Position numbers and translations under genes: made by a program | Part shown: positions 1-12,900 of the stretch, in pieces | Layout of the letters: each line of letters begins with the position of its first letter | Numbering within the stretch: position 1 is the first letter of the stretch | The notes under the pieces: model-generated | The model's input: the letters and a program-made list of their open reading frames with translations, nothing else | What the model was told of the DNA's origin: nothing | Databases searched by the model: none | Assembly (NCBI GenBank): GCA_010909165.1 | Contig: MU008183.1 | Span: forward strand, 950,114-1,014,113 | Length of the DNA: 64,000 nucleotides | Origin: Anthoceros angustus | Lineage: Eukaryota; Plantae; Anthocerotophyta | Direction: 5' to 3'

Positions 1-2849
1 GTAGAACCTCCTCCCCATCCACCATTGCCCTTTTACTTTTGCCCTTTGAAATACCACGTTTACTTGGTAGTTACCACCGATCGCCCTTCAATACGACCAT
101 ATAAATACACATATCAATACATCCTTACTATATCATGTAGTCTACGGTGATAAATGTAATGTATTATTCTAAGTGCTATAGGTATTCAATTTCATATAAA
201 ATAAGTTTGTATATTACGTATTACATCGTCTTTGATCATGCATATTCATGGCGATACTTTGTATTTACTATACGTAAATAGCGACGGCCCTTTATACCCC
301 TACTTTATAGCATGCTTGCGGTTTGTCCTTCACGTCAACAATAGGCTTCCGCCATGGCGCCCAAGAAGATATTGTCCCCACCTATCACCTTATTGTGACG
401 CATCACGTGAGGTTATGCCCCTACAAGATTGTCTTGTCAGGAGATTTGGTATCGCTGGCTTATGCTTTGCCTCCATGTAAGGCACTTCCGTCATCGTATG
501 CACCTACGAAACTTCCGCCTCCGTTCGATTCGCAATTTTCTTCTTCCCTCCCACTTGCGTTGGTGGGCCACTTTTTCCCGCTCCCTCCTACACATTGCAC
601 ACAAAATGAGTTATCCAGCGTTAATGGGTTTCCGACAGCCTTACCTTCCCTCTCCCTCCTCTTTCTTACGCCCTTCTTGCTGGACATTTTCCTCTTCCGT
701 CCTCCTTCTTCTTTTGCGTGCCCTTGTCACTTGCCCATGCCTCTACTCCTCCTCCCGTTTTCCTCTTTCGGCCTCCACCCTTTATCATGTGCCTCTCATG
801 GGGCTCCATGCAGTCCATGCTCTCGGCATCCGAGGTGCAAGGTATGTCTGGCATTATCGTCCTCTTGACCGCCTCCTCTGCTGCGTCCATGTTCTCTGCG
901 TCCCCCGTCTGTCCCCGGCCTCCATCATGCATTGGCCTGATATCAAGCTGCACCGCATGTTGCCCTCTTAGTCCTCCTTCATTCTCTCTCCCCTCGACAT
1001 CCTCATGTTCTGCCTTTTGCCCTGCCCGACCATGGCTGCTGGGTGATCCCTCTTGTCAGTCCTCCGCCACCTCCTCCTAGTCCCCTGCGATTTTTGGCTG
1101 TCCATAGTGCACACAAGTGTGTTTCTTCACAGTGTGATTCGTTGCCCTCCTGCTCCACCACCCGACTCCGCCCTCCACACACCTTGTTCCGCCCTCCAGC
1201 CACGTCGTCCTCCCAGCGCCTCCACCCTCCCATACATGGCCGTCACACAGCGGTCTCGGGCACCCTCCACCTCTTTTCCATTATTTGCTTGCTGCCCACG
1301 ACCTGACCCTCGTTGCCTGCCTCCATTGACCCCAATCCGGGCATGCGCTTCCACCCTAGGCAATCGTGGTGTCGCGGCACCACAATATCCCTGCTCACTC
1401 GGTTCCCCCCTCATGCCTCCTGCATGCTTCCTCAAGAGCGCCTCGTCTCCACTTCCCTCCTTGTTCATCGTCGCCTTTCCCCATTCAAAGTCCGTTGTCC
1501 CTCCCCTCGGCCTCCTTCCTCCCAAGCCCCTTGCGCCATGCATTCCTTGATAGCCTCTCGTCCATGTCACCACCTCGTGCACCATCGTTGCCTCCACCCC
1601 TTCCTTCCGTCGTCTCGGAAAGGCCACCATATCGGGATCCATCTTCAATTCAATGTCGTTAAGCAAAATGGTCATTTCCTTGTTCTCCTTGCAATAGCTT
1701 TGAACCTCTAGGATCTTTTCATACACTCCCTATCTTATCTGAAGGAACTCGGGCACTGAACCCCCCCTTTCACGATTTCCACCCTTTCCTTTCCCTTTCC
1801 TTCTGCCCGCCGTCCTCGAAGGTTGCCTCCCTTGTCTCAAGCTTGAAGCCTGCCCGGCATGCAGTGCACATGTGTTACCGTTTGTCCACCATGCCCACTC
1901 ATCGCCTCGGGACGTGTGCACACTTTGCCGTCACTTGCCGTTAGCAGTGCGAAAACCTCATCATCCGAAATAGCTCTTCATCTATTTCCTTCACTTCCGC
2001 AGCTCCAACTCCGCATCCGTCGGGAGGTTCCACGTCTCAAAGTCGTCAAAATCAAGTGGGGTTCGGCACCATGTCGCCCCTCGCCTCTTACCTCTCGACG
2101 TCTTGACGAGGAGGCTTCTTCACATCGCCGATGTCAGAATGGAGACCCGGGGTGCGGTGGATGAGAGATAGCCATTTGGCCCCTCATCCTCCCCCGGTCT
2201 GATACAGCGTCGGCGGCCCGTCCATGGTGTTCGCGGCGCCATGCGTGACTCCCCTAGCAAGCTTCACCTCGCCATACTCCCCATCCTGACGGTTGTCCAC
2301 CACCTTCGTGCCATCTTGAAATGGCTTCCCTCTCGTGAAAGGTGCGGGCCATGAGTCCGGTGTCAAGGGTGAAAAAGCTTTGTTTGCAAAGGCCCGGTGG
2401 TTGTCATTTACTCCTCTTGGCGGGACGGTTGTGCACATGCTACTTGCCCATAATCGAACAATTTTCGACCACCTCACGGACTTGGGAGCAAGTTTCATGT
2501 CCCATTGGTTACGTTGTCGTTACTCATGATGTATTATATTGCCCACATGGCGCCGCTCTCAATCGCCCATTCGCATTTTACCATTAATCATCGTCTTCCG
2601 ACCAAAGATTGCCTTGTGCATCCGGGAGGAGACAATAGACTATAACCTGCAAACCAATCACCATACATGATTTATTCCACTTTCACGCGTGACTCGAGTG
2701 CGTGCGCGGTGACTTGTCGTCGGTCAGCGTATGGACGGGCACCAAACCATACCCATCCATTCCGCCAAGCAAGAGTCATCGAGTTTTATTGCGTGTGACG
2801 GGAAGTACAAGTAGTGATCAAGGATGAAGGACTTTCCCATCCCAATGTT

Positions 2850-4520
2850 TAATTACGGTAAGCATATGTCCCCACATTGTGAGGTATAAACCGTCCCTGC
2901 TCACCGACGGCCATGCGAGGCGGAGCCAAGGGACGATGCCCTCCATACCGGGTCCTTGATGGCGGCGAGGAGAGCAACCTCCATCCATCATCCTCGATGG
3001 CCATCGTCATTGACAGAATTGCAGCCTTGTCCTTAATGGCCATCGTCGGTTTCCACCACAACAATGTGCACACATACGCAATGATCCACAGACCACAGTC
3101 GGCGGAAGGCGGCGGTTTTGACTTATGCGATTCCACAAACACTTTAGCCGCATGGACTTGTAGGTAGGCGAATAGGGCCAAAAAGTGTTCACATCCGGCG
3201 CCTCACAAAGCCATACGTGTGTGGTCACGAACACCATGCCGCACCATGTGGAAGGAACCACCTCGCCAGCGGCAAGTCCCCACGAGGATAGCCACGATGA
3301 GCGGCTACGCTCCCATGAGGCGGTGACACCCCTCCAACCTTTGCAAAGGATCCTTGATGGCCATCAAGTGTTCTAGTTGTGCACGAAGATGGAGACATGA
3401 ACACACGCCTCGTGGTGCGAACTACCACTCCACGCCCATTTAGGTTTCCTGAGCTAGCTCACATCGTCAACATGTCCGTCATACATGGCATAAGGTAGCA
3501 GGGAGGCGCAGTGGCATGTTCATGAAGACAGCTCGCCTGCGAGGATGACCAAGAGAAAGGTAGTAGCGTGAAGCGAGGGCAAGGTGGTGACATTTAAAGC
3601 GGACCACCACCTTCTGCCACTTGTGCCCAGCCACATCGGGTTGCGGATGAGAGGATCTTGAATTTCAACTGTTTACATGTGACAAACCAAACATGGCGGC
3701 TTTGATGGTGCCGTCGAATACATGTGATTCTTTGGTAAATGCAATGAGTGTGAAATGGCCGCATAAAGGAGGCCGGAATCAAGTTTGTTTTCATGTCTCC
3801 TAAATGGAAATCCTTTGCGGCGGTGCGGCCATAGTGACGTCGAGCCGTCACCCTAGCATGGTGCCGATGGCGTGAATACATTATCGTTACGCCATGTGGC
3901 GCGCATGATTGGTGGAGAGCGGTGGGAGTCTCGAGCGATGGACATCATTATCTAGGAGAACGGGAATTGGCATATATGGCAAATTCACATACGACGGTCC
4001 TTCATTCATGGCATAATGAAAGGGGCATTTAGTTTGCTTGAATGGCTCTCACGTGCCACCCACCGTCCTTGCACAATGGTGTAGATGTTGATATAGATTA
4101 TTACAAAAGCGATTGGAGCAAGCGTCTGTCTTCAAAGCGACCTTCGACGTGGCATGTTTTCTTCCATGCCATGAGTTTTCAATTATTCTAATGGCTTGCA
4201 CCCACCTTCCTTGGACCATGGTGGAGGGAGAATTTTATTTGAGAGAAAGGGAACCATTGTCCTTGGTTCATGGCGAGTTGTAAGATGGCCATGACCTTGT
4301 CATGGCATGGCACTTCCTTGGTCATCGGCCACTCGAAATCGCATTGCAAACACTTGTCCTTGGTCACGAAATGGTCATAAAAAGCGGGGACTATATATGG
4401 CATGCATGGAGGAATGGCATCGTGGACAAGGAAGGTTTTGTTTGTGCGCCGTGCACAAACACAATAGCGTGAGGAAGGTGGCATGGCAAGGCAAGGAGCC
4501 ATGGCATGGCATGCCACGTA
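2850..4520 (-). pseudogene. Decayed Ulp1/peptidase-C48-like relic, probably transposon-borne (MULE/CACTA type)
   Basis: Frameshifted minus-strand pieces read NLIP..GHFTLIAFTKESHVFD (~3790-3710) and PPPSADCGLWIIAY (~3100-3060). These resemble the H, D and C catalytic motifs of C48 proteases. Many stops, and a CATGG/CCATG excess typical of methyl-C decay. Confidence 0.3.
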
Positions 4521-6299
4521 GTCCCCTTCTTGGATGGTTTGGGACGTTGACTTTGAAGGATGGTCCTAGCACGCAAATGAGTGAGGATGTCTGCCCAGCT
4601 GGAGGAGAGGAGGGTGGTGAGTCATCGATGGAGAGTCGGCGGGAGGCGAGAGAGCGAGACTGGTGTCGGAGGGCGCTTGGATGGAAGCCGAGAGGATGGT
4701 CTAGCGAGTGGGTGGAGAGAGAAGCAGAAGTGGAGAGATGATCATCTCAGGAGGTGAGGAGGTGGGAGGTGAGGGAGCATCTGCTGAGAGAGGAGGAATC
4801 AGAAAGCAGTGGGTGTCTCTAATAGGTGGGAGCTAACTGGAGCTGCCGCAGGAGAGAATCCAAAACTTTGAGGAGGAATGCCAGGCCGTGACATCGGAGG
4901 GGAGGAGGAATTGGTGAGGAGAGGAGGAAGTGGTGGTGATCGGGAGGAGCATGGTGGTGCCGCCAAGAGGCCGACCGTGTGGCGAGAGAGAGGCCATTGG
5001 TCTTGTGGACCTTCTCGTGGCGATGGATAACCCCAACAACGTGGGAGGAGGATGCCTGTGGAGGAGGAAAGCTGCGCCACAGGAGTGGGGTCTCTGGAGG
5101 CGGTTGCGGAGGCGGGCAGCGTGCATATGATGGTCGGGAGGACGGTGAGGAGAAGGACACGGTGGCGGCAATGATGGGGAAAGCGCGGCGAGGCATGTGG
5201 AGATGGCGGATGATGAGGTGGAGCGACATCGACTACATTGCCACTACGAAATTGGAGAATTGATGGAGCGGTTGGCGTAAGCCACTAGAGCGTCATTGGC
5301 GTGTTGTGCGGTGCATGGGCGTGGTGGAGTGTACATGGTTGGAGGTTATGCGATGGAGGTTGGGTGGAGAATGAGGAGTTGGTGGTTGGTGCGGCGTGGT
5401 GATATGTAGGACGTGAGCTCTAAGTGATGTGTGTGCATGGCAGGGAAGAAGGGAAGGAAGGCGGTGGAAGGTGAAGGCCATGTCGGAAGGAAGGCAGATA
5501 CTAGTGGAGAGAAGGAAGATGGAGGAAAGGTGGCAAGCAGGGCGAGTCAAGTGATGTGGAGGCAACGTAGATGGTGGGGAACACGGATGTGGGGCGGGAG
5601 CTGGAGAGGTGGGGAACGGATGGATGAGAGAATGCGGGAGGCGCATGATACTGAAAACAACCGTGGCGGTGGGCCGTTTGTGGAGGGAATGTGAATGTTG
5701 AGCCATTTTCTTGCAGGCCGGAGTCGCCAAGCATGGTGGACGGTGATGGTCAATCAAACAAGCAGATGGAATTGGTATTCCCACCTTTATAGCCTAGCAT
5801 TTCTGAGGGTCCTTCGCTGAAAGTGGTGATTGAGGATAGATAGGTCTAGGAAGTTGTGGAGGAACCACGAAAACAATGGTGTTGGTCGAAGAGTCACCAA
5901 GGCGCGCATGGCCATGTTGTATCATAGATATGTTTATTGGAAGGCGCATGTTTGTAGATAAAGCCAAGCATCGATGTTGAAAGGGATAGAGGGCGCTTGA
6001 ACTGTCCAAAATTCCAATTAATTTGTCAATAAAATCAAACACTTATATATGCAAGGTATGAGAGTGACGTAAGGGTTAGCACATACATATTATAAACAAG
6101 TCTTGACGCCTATATATGTATATATATACAAAGGAGGCATATAAGTACACTAATATAATAGTATAACGGATGGATGTGTACATATATATGTACACATACT
6201 TATACTTATGTCTTGAAGCCTATATACATATATATGTATACAAAGGATATGCAAAGGAGGTAAAATAGGAAGGAAGGACACCCCAGAGAGAGGTCCTTG

Positions 6300-6870
6300 T
6301 TACAATCATGTTGCAAGAGGAAGAGGGAAGAGTATAAAATGGTTGTGATAGGGGAGGTCCTTCACGGTCATGATGGAGGAGGAGAAGTGAAAGAGTATAA
6401 AAGGGTGTGATAAGGGGCAATAACTAGCGTGAGGTGAGAGGAGAGAGACCAAGCATTGTGTTAAGATGGGGTGAGAAGGTGGATAAGAAAAAAACACCAA
6501 CACCAAGCCACCAAAAGTGTTGCAATTTTGAAGTGGTACATGAAGTGAGAGACCAAGCATTGTGTTAGGATGGTGGGAGAAGGAAGAGGAAAAATGGACC
6601 AACTTAACACCAAGCCATCAAAACATGTTGCAAGTTGGAAGTGTTACATAAAATTGCAACATGACTGTAACAAGGGCAGGTGGGAAATTATTAACAATGC
6701 TTGTGAGATGGGGGGTGTACCCAGAAGGGTGAGGTGGGAAGAGAGAGTGCCAGGTTCGTGTTAAGATGGTTGTTCCAAACGGGGGCAGAACTGACAAACT
6801 TAATAGCCTCCAAAGCATGTTGCAATGTGGAAGTGTAACAAAAAATTGCAACATCGACTATAACATAAGC
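6300..6870. repeat. Patchwork of degenerate direct repeats
   Basis: gagagaccaagcattgtgtta(a/g)gatgg occurs twice (~6443, ~6547). catgttgcaa..ggaagtgt.aca.aaaattgcaacat occurs twice (~6624, ~6815). gagtataaaa.ggt(t)gtgata occurs twice. Confidence 0.6.
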
Positions 6871-7074
6871 TGCCCTTTTCTAGTAGGGGATACCGCGTTA
6901 TTGTTGCAGATCGTTGTATCCTTGACTAACGCGAGTTCTGAGTCACTAAGCGGGCAAGACTTCCCCGGAGAGACTAATCCAGGTCCTGGTGACGGACCCT
7001 AACACGTCGTGGTGGTGTGTGTACAGGTGCGAAGGACCCCGGACCCCTGCTCCTCTTGGGTAGAAGTCCGACCC

Positions 7075-7429
7075 ACGGATCGGAAAGGAAGGTGATTAAC
7101 CGCACCAAGGACGTGTAGCTCGGACAGAGGAGCTCGTGGACGAACGCTGAGGTCCGTGAGCCCACACATGCCCAACCGTGACCTCAACCCAGATATTGAG
7201 TGGGTAAGAACGATAGGTGAGACGAGGTAGAGAGGGACATAGTAAGACGGATCGGAAAGGAAGGTGATTAACCGCACCAAGGACGCAGAGCTCGGACAGA
7301 GGAGCCTGGTGGACGAACGCGGAGGTCCGTAGCCCACACATGCCCAACCGTGACCCTCAACCGGTATATTGAGTGTGGGTAAGAACGATAGGTGAGACGA
7401 GGTAGAGAGGGACATAGTAAGACGGATCG
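7075..7429. repeat. Two-copy tandem repeat of ~172-175 bp inside LTR-like DNA
   Basis: acggatcggaaaggaaggtgattaaccgcaccaaggacg... starts at 7075 and again at 7247. A third acggatcg starts at 7422. Confidence 0.9.
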
Positions 7430-7672
7430 ATAGGTTACGGACATAAACGAGTCCCAAACGCTGGCCATCCGCCCGACGGAACGGTAGAGCAACCAGAGAG
7501 CGGACAACGCTATGACGTGGTTTCAGGTGGGTCGCCTCTCCAACGGTGGGGAGTGAGTAGAACAACAAGCTGCATAAATGAAACAAGTCATTCCCTTGGG
7601 AACGGACCCCATACTTCAACGACACGGGATTGGTGCGCGCCCGGCTGGCCGTCAGCGAAAGTTGCGCCTCAA

Positions 7673-9200
7673 TAGCCTACAAGAACTCCGTATGTAACTT
7701 AAAACCACATCTGATCATAAATGGTTGGTGAAGTGGATCAAGATTTATGCAATGCTGCACAATTACATGTTAAGAAAACATGATTGCTGGACACTCGAAG
7801 ACATGCGGATTTCTCCTGAAGAATCTGATCTTGCTCAAGAAGATTATAAGTGAGACTGATGCTCGTCCTGCTAGAAAAGAACTGCAAGAATCCATCATGC
7901 ATAGAGTATTGGAATTTCATAGGTGTCTTTGCATAGAATTCCAATTCCATCATCCTTTTTCTTGGTTCATTTTGGTATCCTTTGCTAGTTTCTCTAAAGG
8001 ACTTTAATGGTTATTCAATCTAAAAATACTCATCCGATGAGAATAATCTACATGCCGTTGTGTTCAGCTTGTTGAGATCTACACGACCATGTATTTCAAA
8101 GTTTTTTTTTTCATATCCAAATACTTCAAGAATTGAATAAAAAGTTTCAAAGTCTGGTATCCTTTGCTAGTTTTTAGATAGAACGAGAAGCTTATTCGAG
8201 TTTGTGCCGCTCACTCTCAAATATAACTTGAATTCTTGAACTCTTGTTGGCCGCTTCCAACTCCTGCTGATGCATATCAAGACTAGCTCGACGTAGTAGA
8301 TCTATTGATCTCTCCACTTGGCAGATGCTTGCAACATGTCCCTACAAAATTCTAGACTTGCCTTTGAATTCTCGGCATATTGAGCAGCCAAGTTTCCTTT
8401 CCACTTGTGGTTGTTGTCTTGATCAGCTGCCACCTTCTGTTTAGGGAAATGAGATTGTCTCAAATTGGAGGTGGTTGGTGGAGAAGCTAGGGAGGGAGTA
8501 GCTGCTAGGGAGGGAGGAGTTGCTGGGGAGGGAGGAGGTGCTGGGGAATGAGGAGTCTGGTTAGGGTGTCCATGAGGAGGAGGTAATTGGGACTGAGCTT
8601 CCTCCTCCTCTTGGTGTTGTGGGAAAGGAGTTGTTGAAAACCCTACAACATCGTGAATTTTTTCATCTCCTCCGCAAAGGACAAGTAGCCAAACAAAACA
8701 TGCATCATAAAAGTAGGTTAGCACAAATTCTTGAAGCAAAAAATGGAAGGAGCTAGTCTTACACAAGCAATCCGCATGAATACTATATTGGTCAAAGACC
8801 AAATATGCAACCCTCTGCCATTCTTGACCATGGGTTGCCAGGACATTTTATCTAACTTGTCATCGAGGATGAGACCTTGAGCTGCTTCCTTGGCAATCAA
8901 TCCTCCCCCAATATCATGCTGCAAAGCGTAAGCTTTTTTGAAGTTGTCCAGGCAGCTTCCAACACGTTTCGACAAGTGCAGTCCATCCATCACTAGAAAG
9001 TCAAATTGTTTCAAGACGGTAGCCATGACCGCAAAAGTTGTCTTCTTAGAGTACATGCGGGCCCCTATGCGGGTCTTCTTAGCTTCACCAAACAAAGCGC
9101 TGAAATTCTCCGGCTCTTCAAGGTCATCCTAACTGAGAGCATAATGTTCTTTTTTGAGTTCATGGAATCCGATGTTGCTTAGAGGAGGAGTGCAAGTCCC
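7673..9200. mobile_element. PIF/Harbinger remnant: transposase C-terminus (+) convergent with a Myb/SANT-like second ORF (-)
   Basis: The plus strand at ~7680-7850 reads LQELRM*LKTTSDHKWLVKWIKIYAMLHNYML, matching the Harbinger DDE C-terminal ELR...WI..C.iLHN pattern. The minus strand at 8718-9095 reads KKAYALQHDIGGGLIAKEAAQGLILDDKLDKM, followed by a Pro-rich low-complexity ORF at 8302-8802. Confidence 0.55.
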
Positions 9201-9399
9201 CTTGGCTGCAGCATATGTGCTGCCCGCAATGATAATTGCAGAGAGGACCGTACCATAGTTTTAGTTTATGTGAAGGAGGATACCAAGAAGAGAAATAACA
9301 AAAACAAGAGGATTTAGCCTGAAGAACTGGTCCCGGGTGTAGACGCTTGGTTGAAGAGCACCGGTGAATTTGAAATTCTAATTCCGAGGTTCGGTCACA

Positions 9400-9957
9400 C
9401 CCGAGTCCGTCGCTCAAACATGAAGATACAGCAGCACACCCGACTTGCCATGGGATTCAACTCTTCTCTAACTTTGCGCGTTTCGAGTTCTTGGCCGTCC
9501 GCTCCCGTCAACTCGGACGCCTATGCACGATCGGATACGACCTAACTCGTGGTAGGTTTGAGCCCCATATTACACCCGGGTCAGTTCGCTCGAAAATCAA
9601 GATAAATCAGTTCGCCCGAGTCTCGCTTCAGATGGGATTTTCGACTCTTCTCTAACTTTGCGGGTGAGTTAGGTCGTATACGGTCGCGTATAGTCGTCCT
9701 ACTTGAGCCGTAATATATTTTAATCTTTTGGCCCTCTGTCTCTTCCTCTTTGATGGTGAGAGAGCCCTCTACATATAAGGAAGAAGAAGAAGAAAAGGAA
9801 AAATCTATTACAGTCCACTTGGATGGAGGGGAAGATGTTAAGATAAACACCCTCCTAGTCCTAGCCCTTGACTGTTGAGCATGGAGGGGAAGATGAATGA
9901 GAAACACTCTCAAGGGTTACAGGACTCATGAAGTGACTTTTTGGATGGACTTCAACA
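9400..9957. mobile_element. LTR-like sequence ending in ...TTCAACA immediately upstream of the PPR gene
   Basis: Non-coding, with internal direct and inverted repeats and a TATA-like tract. It ends in the CAACA terminus typical of LTRs; a TGTTG occurs at 6902. No TSD was found. Confidence 0.3.
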
Positions 9958-9976
9958 AACTGGTGGGTTTTGTAGC

Positions 9977-12900
9977 ATGACAGAGAGTGCTCCTCTTCCC
10001 GTTTGGCTGACTTCGAGGAATGGATTGTTGGCAAACAACGAATCTGCGAGTTGCAAGACATTTGCACCAAAGCCAGCCCGCCCAAGAGGGGCTCTGTCTG
10101 GGCACGGATCGTCCAGCAGATCGTGGAGCCTGCCTGAGGATCCTGACCTTGGCGGATATGCAGGATTTGGAAGTGGGGTGACGGCTGAAACCGTGAGCAA
10201 CTTGTGCTATCAGGGGCAGCTGAGTCAGGCTGTTGAGGCTTTGGGAGTTCTGGTTCAGTGCGGCTGTTGGGTGTCCGAATCACTCTTTTGCACTGTGGTG
10301 AAGAAATGTATAGTCAAGAAAAATCTTGTTGTGGGTCGCCGGGTCCATGCTTTCACGGTGAAGAAGGGGTACCAGTCGGATACGTTCTTGGGCAACCACA
10401 TTCTGCGAATGTATGCTTCTCAGGGCAGGTTGGAAGACGCGATGAATGTGTTTGCAGTGGTTGCTGTGCCAGATGCTTTCACGTGGTCTGCCGTAATTTC
10501 TGCCCATGTTAAACATGGGCAAGACAAGCGGGCTGTAGAACTGTATCATCGAATGCGGAGGTCAAGTGTGAAGGCAGATGCCCATGTGCTGGTTGCAGCC
10601 CTTCAGGCTTGTGCAAGGGGATCAGACCTGGAAACTGGGCAGACGGTGCATGCTGACGCGTTGGCCTTTGGCCTTGAGCGGGATCTGTTTGTCTGTAACT
10701 CCTTGGTGAACATGTATGCGAAGTGTGGCAGCTTGGAAGATGCTCGGAGAGTGTTTGACGGGCTTGGTCAAAAGGATGTGGTGACGTGGACTGCTCTGAT
10801 TGCAGGATATTCGCAGCAGGGCCTGGGGCAGGAAGCTCTTCGTCTTTACAGTGTTATGCAAGAAGAAGGCACGGCTGTACCCAATTCGGTTACATTTGTG
10901 TCTCTGTTGCAGGCATGCGCCAGTGTGGGCCCTCTGGCTTTGGAGAAGGGGAAGGAGCTCCATGCACGGATTAGAGAACAAGGATATCAAGCTGATGTGT
11001 ATGTGGCGAACAGTTTGGTGAACATGTATGCAAAGTGTGGCAGCTTGGAACATGCTCAGAGGGTGTTTGACGGACTTAGTCACAAAGATGTGGTGGCCTG
11101 GAACGCCATGATAGCAGGCTATTCCCAACAGGGCATGGGACAGGAAGCCCTTAGTCTGTACACTGTCATGCAAGAACAGGGAATCGCTTTTCCAAGTTCT
11201 GTGACCTTTGTGTGTCTCCTGCAGGCCTGCGCAAGTGTGGGCACCCTGGTGTTGGAGACAGGGAAGAAGCTTCATGTTCAAATTAGAGAACAAGGACATC
11301 ATCATGATGTGTTCGTAGCCAACAGTTTGGTGAACATGTATGCAAAATGTGGCAGCTTGGAAGATGCCCAGAAAGTGTTTGATGAACTTGGACATAAGGA
11401 TGTGGTGACTTGGAATGCCATAATAGCAGGATATGCACATCAGGGTATGGGCCATAAAGCCTTTAGTCTCTACAGTGCGATGCTAGGAGAAGGGATGGCT
11501 GTACCCAACTCCGTGACGTATCTGGTTCTCCTCCAGGCATGTGCAAGTTTAGGCATCTCGGCTTTGGAGAAGGGGAGGCAGCTTCATTCTGAAGTTAGAG
11601 AACAAGGACATCAGGATGATATGTTTGTAGCCAACAGTTTGGTTAACATGTATGCCAAGTGTGGCAGCTTGGAAGATGCTCAGAGAGTGTTTGACGGACT
11701 TGGGCAAAAAGATGTGGTGTCGTGGACTACTTTAGTAGCTGGGTATTCCCAACAGGGTATGGGCCAGGAAGCCCTTTGTCTCTACAGTGCTATGCAAGAA
11801 GAAGGCATTGCTGTACCCAACTCCGTGACATATGTGTGCCTTTTGCAGGCTTGTGCAAGTGTGGGGACACCGGCTTTGGAGACGGGGAAGCAGCTTCATG
11901 CGCAAATCAGACAACGAGGATATCAAGCTGATGTCTTTGTAGCCAACAGTTTGGTGAACATGTATGCAAAGTGTGGTAGCTTGGAAGATGCTCAGACAGT
12001 GTTTGATGGACTTGGTCAAAAAGATGTAGTGACATGGAATGCCATGATAGCAGGGTGTTCCCAGCACGGCATGGGGCAGGCAGCTCTTCGCCTCTATGGT
12101 GCTATGCTAGAAGAAGGCATCATCGCCCCCAATTCTGTGACGTATGTCTGTCTCTTGCAGGCATGTGCAACTGTGGGGGTATCAGCTTTGGAGAATGGGA
12201 AGCAGCTTCATGCAGAAATTAGAGAACGGGGACATCAAGATGATGTGTTTGTAGCCAACAGTTTGCTGAACATGTATGCAAAGTGTGGCAGCATGGAAGA
12301 TGCCCAGAGAATATTCGACGGACTCAGTGAAAAGGATGTGGTGACATGGAATGCCATTATAGCAGGGTATGCACAGCAGGGCATGGGGCAGGAAGCCCTT
12401 CGTCTGTTCAGCACTATGCGTACAGAAGGCACCTGGACACCCGATTCGGTGACCTTCGTGTGTCTTCTCCAGGCATGTGCAAGTATTGGTACTTTGGCTT
12501 TGGAGAAGGGGAAAGGGCTTCATGAGCAAATTAGAGAACTAGGATACCAAGCTGATATGATGGTAGCCAATAGTCTGGTAAACATGTACGCAAAGTGTGG
12601 CAGCTTGGAAGATGCTAGGAGAGTGTTTGAGGGACTCGATGAAAAGGATCTGGTGACATGGACTGCAGTAATTGCAGGATATTCCCAGCAGGGCATGGGT
12701 CAGGAAGCTCTCCGTCTCTACAGTATGATGAAAGAAGAAGGCATGGCTGTACCCGATTCTGTGACATTTGGGTGCCTCCTGCAGGCATGTGCGAATGTGG
12801 CAGCGCTGCATCTTGGAAGGGAGCTGCATGCGCAGATTGAAGAAGAAGGGCTTGAAAATGATTTGATTGTAGCTGGCAGTTTGATAAACATGTACGGCAA

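Noticed and set aside
232-5800. Many Pro/Ser- or Gly/Arg-rich ORFs in the track
   Set aside because: They come from purine/pyrimidine strand-biased low-complexity DNA, mostly lack ATG starts and show no domains.
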